From Chitinophagaceae bacterium (GTDB taxonomy: Bacteria > Bacteroidota > Bacteroidia > Chitinophagales > Chitinophagaceae): a DNA stretch of 62,597 bases. Numbering within the stretch: position 1 is the first letter of the stretch; the number at the start of each line of letters is the position of its first letter. The stretch is taken from positions 1 to 62,597 of the forward strand of contig PMUF01000054.1 of the NCBI GenBank assembly GCA_003167015.1, written 5' to 3'. A program made the position numbers and the translations under genes. The notes under the pieces were generated by a model that made no database searches, was not told the origin of the DNA, and saw only the letters and a list, made by a program, of their open reading frames with translations. Below are positions 57,748-62,597 of this stretch, one piece after another.

Positions 57748-58443
57748 TCAGAAGGGTAGATTGCTGGCCGCCGCCGTACCAAACTGCCGATCAGCATCTA
57801 TGTCCAGATCTTCCAATTTCCGCTGGGCCTCCTTAATTTCGGTAAGAATCGCATTCTTCCTTTCGGCTTTGAAAAGTTCCTTTGCCTTTTCTATTAGGGC
57901 GGCAAAATTCATCTTCACATCACCCCAGCGGCCAATGAGGTACTTCTGCGTGGGATTGAATGAAACATTATAGACCGAAGTATCGGCCTTTTTCAGGGAT
58001 TGCGCTTCGATTTCGGAAAAGAAAACGGCAACCCTGGAATAATTCCGATCATAACAGATCCATTCACCAACCAACCCTATACAGGCCGGGTCCGGCATCT
58101 TATCGTCGTACCAGATTTCCACCTTCTGGAAATGCCCCTCCTTCAAAGAGAGAGAAACGAGCGAAAGGATTTCGACAGGGATTGGCGACTTGTCATAATC
58201 GGAAATCCCCACCTTGACTGGGCAAAGCGTTGCAATGGCATTTTCGATATTCCTTTTCATAGGCAGGAATGGAATAGGGGATTTCTCAGGAGCGCAGATT
58301 TTGGTCTGTCCTTTTAAACCAAGGGCATTAACAAGATCATTCCACTGATCGAACTTTTCGTTATCATAGATAAGCTCCTGGGTTTCCTCAACAATGAAAG
58401 TTTCGACTATCGTTTTCATGCTGGAATTGTTTAAAGAAGTCAT
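57748..58443 (-). CDS. Hypothetical protein
   Basis: 231-aa ORF ending in LPF. Confidence 0.6.
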   Translation of the reverse strand: MTSLNNSSMKTIVETFIVEETQELIYDNEKFDQWNDLVNALGLKGQTKICAPEKSPIPFLPMKRNIENAIATLCPVKVGISDYDKSPIPVEILSLVSLSLKEGHFQKVEIWYDDKMPDPACIGLVGEWICYDRNYSRVAVFFSEIEAQSLKKADTSVYNVSFNPTQKYLIGRWGDVKMNFAALIEKAKELFKAERKNAILTEIKEAQRKLEDLDIDADRQFGTAAASNLPF

Positions 58444-58524
58444 AAAATTAGATTGATTTTGATGGAGAAAAAGGAATTAAATTTACGAATAAAAGCTAGT
58501 ATTCACAAGGGTTTCCGTCGATAT

Positions 58525-58824
58525 TTATTCGCTCAAAATTGACTGTAAATTGTTGTAAGCAGCCTTCGTGAACGACGCCAAAATAGCCTTCCATTCCGGC
58601 TGTTGTATAATGGGTAGGATATCCACCTCCTGCCACTTGACGGATTCAATGGCGATACTGACCCCTTCGGGTTGATCCTCTGGCAGGCGCGTTAATTCTG
58701 GGTCTACCAGCGCCTTGGCAGTTATCCACAGCTGCCCGATATTCCGGATAGAGAAAAGGCCCCCAGTTTTGTCTTTGCTGGTAACGGGCATCCCGAACTC
58801 AAATTTTCTTCTTAACTTAGCCAT
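58525..58824 (-). CDS. Hypothetical protein
   Basis: A-rich upstream sequence, in operon. Confidence 0.55.
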   Translation of the reverse strand: MAKLRRKFEFGMPVTSKDKTGGLFSIRNIGQLWITAKALVDPELTRLPEDQPEGVSIAIESVKWQEVDILPIIQQPEWKAILASFTKAAYNNLQSILSE

Positions 58825-58906
58825 GACATAATTATTATTTTTTGAGTGATTTTCTTTTTTGATTTAATTGGAGCGGCCGGCAGTGATGAGTCGGCCGTTT
58901 TTTATC

Positions 58907-59131
58907 TCAACAGTCCCGATGAAAATGATCTTCGAATTCCTCAACCTTGGGTTTCCGGCGCCTCTTCCACAATCCCGAAATATCGATCCACGCCTGGCAC
59001 AAGACATCGAGAAACGCCCCGGAAATAACGCATACCGCGTACCATACCCCAAAGAGGCGACCAGTGAAGAGCCAGCGGCAGAATAGGAGGGCCAGGGCGA
59101 GAAGGGCGATATAAAGGAAGATGTAGAACAT
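58907..59131 (-). CDS. Small membrane protein
   Basis: Two hydrophobic segments followed by basic cluster. Confidence 0.5.
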   Translation of the reverse strand: MFYIFLYIALLALALLFCRWLFTGRLFGVWYAVCVISGAFLDVLCQAWIDISGLWKRRRKPKVEEFEDHFHRDC

Positions 59132-59149
59132 GGTTTAGGATTTTAGCAG

Positions 59150-59404
59150 TTATTTATTGGCTTCTTCAAGAACGGCTTTGGCGTATTTCACTGAGTTAAT
59201 CGATACCCAATTTATTGACGTGTCTTTTTCCGACCAATCTGGTGAATTAGCCAACATCCCCTGAGCTATCACAAGAGAAGCCAATTCGAGTTTCGTGAAG
59301 CCATATTTCTGAAATTCATAGGTGCCCATTTGGTGGCCGTTATCCTTTCGGTTTGCCTCATTAGCTATGACAACAGGAGCGGCCGGTGATTTGAGATTAT
59401 CCAT
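59150..59404 (-). CDS. Conserved phage hypothetical protein
   Basis: G.TK.E......QG.LAN..V..A.A.L motif. Confidence 0.6.
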   Translation of the reverse strand: MDNLKSPAAPVVIANEANRKDNGHQMGTYEFQKYGFTKLELASLVIAQGMLANSPDWSEKDTSINWVSINSVKYAKAVLEEANK

Positions 59405-59560
59405 TGTGATGATTTTTTCGAGTTAAATAGAGCCGAGATGGGCGAACCACCCCGGCTTAACGATTGCTGCCATTAAAAAGTTAAAAGAGAAGGAGTACTA
59501 CTTAAGTGATCAACTTACATTTCCTCCCTCGCTTGTCGGGCGCGACCCGGACACGCTTCT

Positions 59561-59791
59561 TTATATCGTTCCAATCAATTTCTCGTACACTTCATTCCCC
59601 AGAATCCCCCGCATCATTTCAGGCAGATCAGCCGCCTGCGTTCGCAATTGCCCGATCAACTCATCCAGATCCGCCTTCGGGCCTTTCTTCAGCGTCATTC
59701 GGATGGCGTCTCCCCAGGGGCCTCGGTTGGTCACGCAGGAGAGCAGGAAGCGGACTTCGTATTTGTGGAGGGGCACGGATTTTAGTAGCAT
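59561..59791 (-). CDS. Hypothetical protein
   Basis: Coupled ORF. Confidence 0.45.
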   Translation of the reverse strand: MLLKSVPLHKYEVRFLLSCVTNRGPWGDAIRMTLKKGPKADLDELIGQLRTQAADLPEMMRGILGNEVYEKLIGTI

Positions 59792-60072
59792 ACCGGCAGT
59801 TTTGAGGCGTCAAATTCGATGACCAACCACCGATCGAAGACCACGCCGCTGACCTTCCACTCATCAATTTCGGCGGTCAGGGGCAATCCTTGCTGGGCGA
59901 TCACGTGGTTCGCCTTCAGCCAGTATTGAGTCGCGAGTCGGTCGGAACTCAACCGAAAGCGCATCAGCTTGCCGTCCTTGACGACATGGCAGCGGATCAA
60001 AGGGGTATCGAATGCCTCCCGGAAAGTCGCCATCGCGAGGTCCTGGGCCTGTGGTTCAAAGATTGGGTTCAT
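59782..60072 (-). CDS. Hypothetical protein
   Basis: Likely start MNPIFE. Confidence 0.5.
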   Translation of the reverse strand: MNPIFEPQAQDLAMATFREAFDTPLIRCHVVKDGKLMRFRLSSDRLATQYWLKANHVIAQQGLPLTAEIDEWKVSGVVFDRWLVIEFDASKLPVCY

Positions 60073-60292
60073 GAGATTGGGTTTTTGCTGGTAAAAGATC
60101 AGATTCCTTTTTGGCGTAAAAGTCTCGCAGGGCCTTGAACAATTGGTCACCGCACTTCTTTTCCCTGAAGGCCCGCCACACTGCCGTCGATATAGATGCC
60201 GCCGATCGTTTCAGCTTTTTGCCGATGGCCTCATCATCGCCGGTACTGCGGAGCGTCTTCCATTTTTCTATCAGTTCGTCGGGTATTTGCAT
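60056..60292 (-). CDS. Possible Cro-like HTH protein
   Basis: GD..AI...L..S...IS.A pattern; early operon. Confidence 0.4.
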   Translation of the reverse strand: MQIPDELIEKWKTLRSTGDDEAIGKKLKRSAASISTAVWRAFREKKCGDQLFKALRDFYAKKESDLLPAKTQSHEPNL

Positions 60293-60405
60293 ACTGTCGT
60301 CTTTTGCCGCCGAAAGCCCGGTGTTACCCAAGCTGTCCGGCAGTATCTTATCGCCGATCCGCGTTCGTCTCTGAATGAAGAGGTCGCTGTTGTGGCCGGA
60401 TACCT

Positions 60406-60678
60406 CTAAACCACCGCTATAGCCTCTTTAAGATTTTCGTAAATTTCTTTCATTTTGCCAGTCAGACCGGATATGGAATAAAGGCCGCCCCCAAAATGAT
60501 TATTCCCTGTGTCATTACTTTTCCAATGGCGCAACCCCAATTCACTGCCGTCTTTAGAACTATAAAGTATTTCGTAATGATCCTGTTCCTTAATCTCTAA
60601 TTTTTCGGCGTATTGCCCATTATCGAAGTACCAAAAGCGACCAGTGTTATATTCGGGAGTTGAGAATATGTTTTTCAT
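60406..60678 (-). CDS. Hypothetical protein, first gene of the early operon
   Basis: Follows the AT-rich intergenic region 60680-60780. Confidence 0.55.
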   Translation of the reverse strand: MKNIFSTPEYNTGRFWYFDNGQYAEKLEIKEQDHYEILYSSKDGSELGLRHWKSNDTGNNHFGGGLYSISGLTGKMKEIYENLKEAIAVV

Positions 60679-60896
60679 TTTGCGTTGTTTGATGTTGTAA
60701 AGATATGGTAGGATTTGTTATAATCTTAATTTTTTGTTGATTATTTGTAAAAAAGTGTAAAAATAGTGGAACTGGGTAGAATAAAGCAGCCCCGACCAGA
60801 TTGCCGGGGCCAACGTCCTCTTTAGTGCGGCTCATGCGCCGTGCGGTTATGATTTGGCCAGGAAAAGAAAGATTTCCCGCTGAAAATGCAAGTCGA

Positions 60897-61130
60897 TCAC
60901 AAAAGCGCAGATGATGCAGGAGCTAGAATGGGAATAACCCCGATACCGTGAGAGACAGAAAATCGAATAAGTCCTATCCGGGAACGAAGATTGAATTGGA
61001 AAAGAAGATCTTCAGCGTACCCATCAACGGTCCTTTTGCTGACAAACATGCGGTCGGCGATTTCTTGATAGGTAATATCCTCTACCACAAGACGGAGAAA
61101 TTCAATCTGACGTGGGTGCAAATCGAGCAT
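60897..61130 (-). CDS. LuxR/GerE-type HTH regulator (stand-alone)
   Basis: L.PRQIEFL......T..EIADRMFVS.RTVDGY...L..F...SRIGL; TAATTTTG promoter at 61152-61145. Confidence 0.85.
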   Translation of the reverse strand: MLDLHPRQIEFLRLVVEDITYQEIADRMFVSKRTVDGYAEDLLFQFNLRSRIGLIRFSVSHGIGVIPILAPASSALL

Positions 61131-61275
61131 ACCCTAAAATTCTGCAAAATTATTTGCATTTATACAAAAGATTATTCGCAAAATTTCAACGGATTATACA
61201 AAAAGGGCCTGAGGAAGAATCCCCGGCCCGTTCTCTAAAATCAAATATCCTATTAAAAGCCGAGGCGAAGCTACG

Positions 61276-61302
61276 AAAAAGCCCCGAGATCACTCCCGGG
61301 GC
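61276..61302 (-). terminator. Intrinsic terminator after the endolysin (second hairpin at 61200-61229)
   Basis: GCCCCGGGAG..CUCGGGGC followed by UUUUU. Confidence 0.7.
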
Positions 61303-61330
61303 ACCTCCAAAACCCATGAACAAGAAAAAG

Positions 61331-61966
61331 TTATGCGCTGACCCAAACCGGCAAATCCCCCAATTCGTCGGCCTGAATGGTATCCGGGTCGTATTCTATT
61401 CCGCTCATCCTTAATTGCGGATGCTGCAAAATCTGCCATCCCTCTGTTGGAATGCTTTGATCGCAATTATAGGCCTTCCAGTAATGAGCAAAGGGCAAGT
61501 CGTACAGTTGCTGATCCGAAAGGACCACATTCCAGCCTACGTAAAGACCCGGCACGTAGCCAGATGCACTGACGGCGGTATACCACGCCTGGCAATAGGC
61601 AATCACATCTTCGGCTTTTACCCGCCGTCCCACCCCTTCCAGATCAAGCCAGAGGTTGATTCCGGGCGCAAGGCTGATTTCTTTAGCGTATTGGGCGGCG
61701 TAGGAGCCATATTCCAGCCCGAGGGCGGCATTAGGCTCCCAGCCGGGCATGGCGACATGTTGAACAGCCATTAACGAGAGGCCTGCGGTAAGAATGATCT
61801 CTATTTCTTTTGCGGTCAGGTTTCCGGAAATCAGCGCCGGCGTTCTGGGTAGGTAGCGGATACAGAAATCCATGCCTGCAGCCTTAAATGCGGCGGCTTG
61901 TGCGCCCGAGAGGGGCTGATTCACGTCAAATCCTGCGCCGGCGGTCGCTTGCTTTACGGTTGGCAT
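61331..61966 (-). CDS. DUF1906/Rv2525c-like (GH25-related) glycoside hydrolase; probable endolysin
   Basis: GFD..A...G.DF..RYL..LT..E...I..AGL; LWLDLE; Y..W...V...GY.PGLY; ILQ..D.D. Confidence 0.75.
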   Translation of the reverse strand: MPTVKQATAGAGFDVNQPLSGAQAAAFKAAGMDFCIRYLPRTPALISGNLTAKEIEIILTAGLSLMAVQHVAMPGWEPNAALGLEYGSYAAQYAKEISLAPGINLWLDLEGVGRRVKAEDVIAYCQAWYTAVSASGYVPGLYVGWNVVLSDQQLYDLPFAHYWKAYNCDQSIPTEGWQILQHPQLRMSGIEYDPDTIQADELGDLPVWVSA

Positions 61967-61984
61967 GTTACAAAGATTTTGAGG

Positions 61985-62515
61985 TTAAGAAGCCGCAGTC
62001 GCATTCGCCGGATTAGCTTTAGCGGCGGCAATAGCGGCCTGAACCTGGTTAAAGGCCTGCTGAGCGAGATTTTCCCACTCGTTCCATGTGGCGTTCTCTG
62101 CTTTCCCCTGGTTATACAGAACGGTAAGGGAGGTCGCCAAGCTGATCCAGATTTTAGACGTAGTGGCAATGGACGCTTTTGCATAGGCGGCAATAACGGA
62201 CTGTACCCAGGCCGCTGTTGCTGCCTCTGTCGGGGCCTCTCCCAAGGCTTCCAACCCCAACTCGGTTGCCAAAATCTTAGGGCCTAATATCTGGGCGCCT
62301 TTTAAAATCGCCGCGGGCACCCCTGCGAGTTCAGGACTGAGGGCGGCCACAATGTCTTCGACCACTCCGGAATTAACCGCTTGGTTAATGTCCTCGGTGA
62401 TCGTAATGATTTCGGGTAAAAACTCAACCTGCGCGTCTTTGAAAACTGTGGATACCGCACTTTTGATGCCGCCCCATATTTTGCCAAAGAAGCCGGTTTT
62501 TGAAAATAATCCCAT
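61985..62515 (-). CDS. Ala-rich helical protein with N-terminal amphipathic helix (lysis cassette)
   Basis: Start MGLFSKTGFFGKIWGGIKSAVSTVF; lies between the holin-like genes and the endolysin. Confidence 0.55.
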   Translation of the reverse strand: MGLFSKTGFFGKIWGGIKSAVSTVFKDAQVEFLPEIITITEDINQAVNSGVVEDIVAALSPELAGVPAAILKGAQILGPKILATELGLEALGEAPTEAATAAWVQSVIAAYAKASIATTSKIWISLATSLTVLYNQGKAENATWNEWENLAQQAFNQVQAAIAAAKANPANATAAS

Positions 62516-62576
62516 TTGTTTGAATTTTATGTGTGAATAATTATCGAAAGGGCGAATCAAAAACAAGGCCTAACAG

Positions 62577-62597
62577 GCCGACGATCCCGACGCACCC
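62577..62597. repeat. Terminal direct repeat (copy 2)
   Basis: Identical to 1-21. Confidence 0.95.

Noticed and set aside
62577-62597. Biological terminal repeat or att core
   Set aside because: An exact 21-nt overlap inside an ORF is better explained as an assembler k-mer overlap
1-62597. Stop-codon reassignment
   Set aside because: Core genes are full-length under the standard code and coding density is high

Overview
The window looks like a complete, circularly assembled 62.6-kb genome of a tailed dsDNA phage: bases 1-21 repeat at 62577-62597 and a small ORF reads across the junction. It is siphovirus-like, with an HK97-type head, a 1346-aa tape measure and no sheath. The host is probably a Bacteroidota member, judged from TAnnTTTG promoters, A-rich non-Shine-Dalgarno starts and signal peptides followed by Gln. 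Most genes are on the minus strand, in this order: early/recombination, replication, terminase, a ~10-kb accessory island, head, tail, two giant signal-peptide-bearing proteins, lysis. No integrase, DNA polymerase or canonical tRNA was seen. The main candidate for an undescribed system is at 36855-37815. A 207-aa helical protein is followed, 3 nt after its stop, by a ~334-nt structured RNA. This RNA is closed by a 16-bp stem, contains a circularly permuted tRNA fold (YrlA-like order, with no Ro60 gene in the genome) and carries 13 phased 7-nt repeats. A Thg1-like 3'-5' RNA polymerase is encoded ~2.3 kb downstream on the same strand. Also notable are a divergent Stealth/GT9/methyltransferase operon beside the portal, a possible kissing-loop attenuator before the replication initiator, and two parS-like sites. 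All family assignments come from motif recognition by eye and have not been checked by database search.
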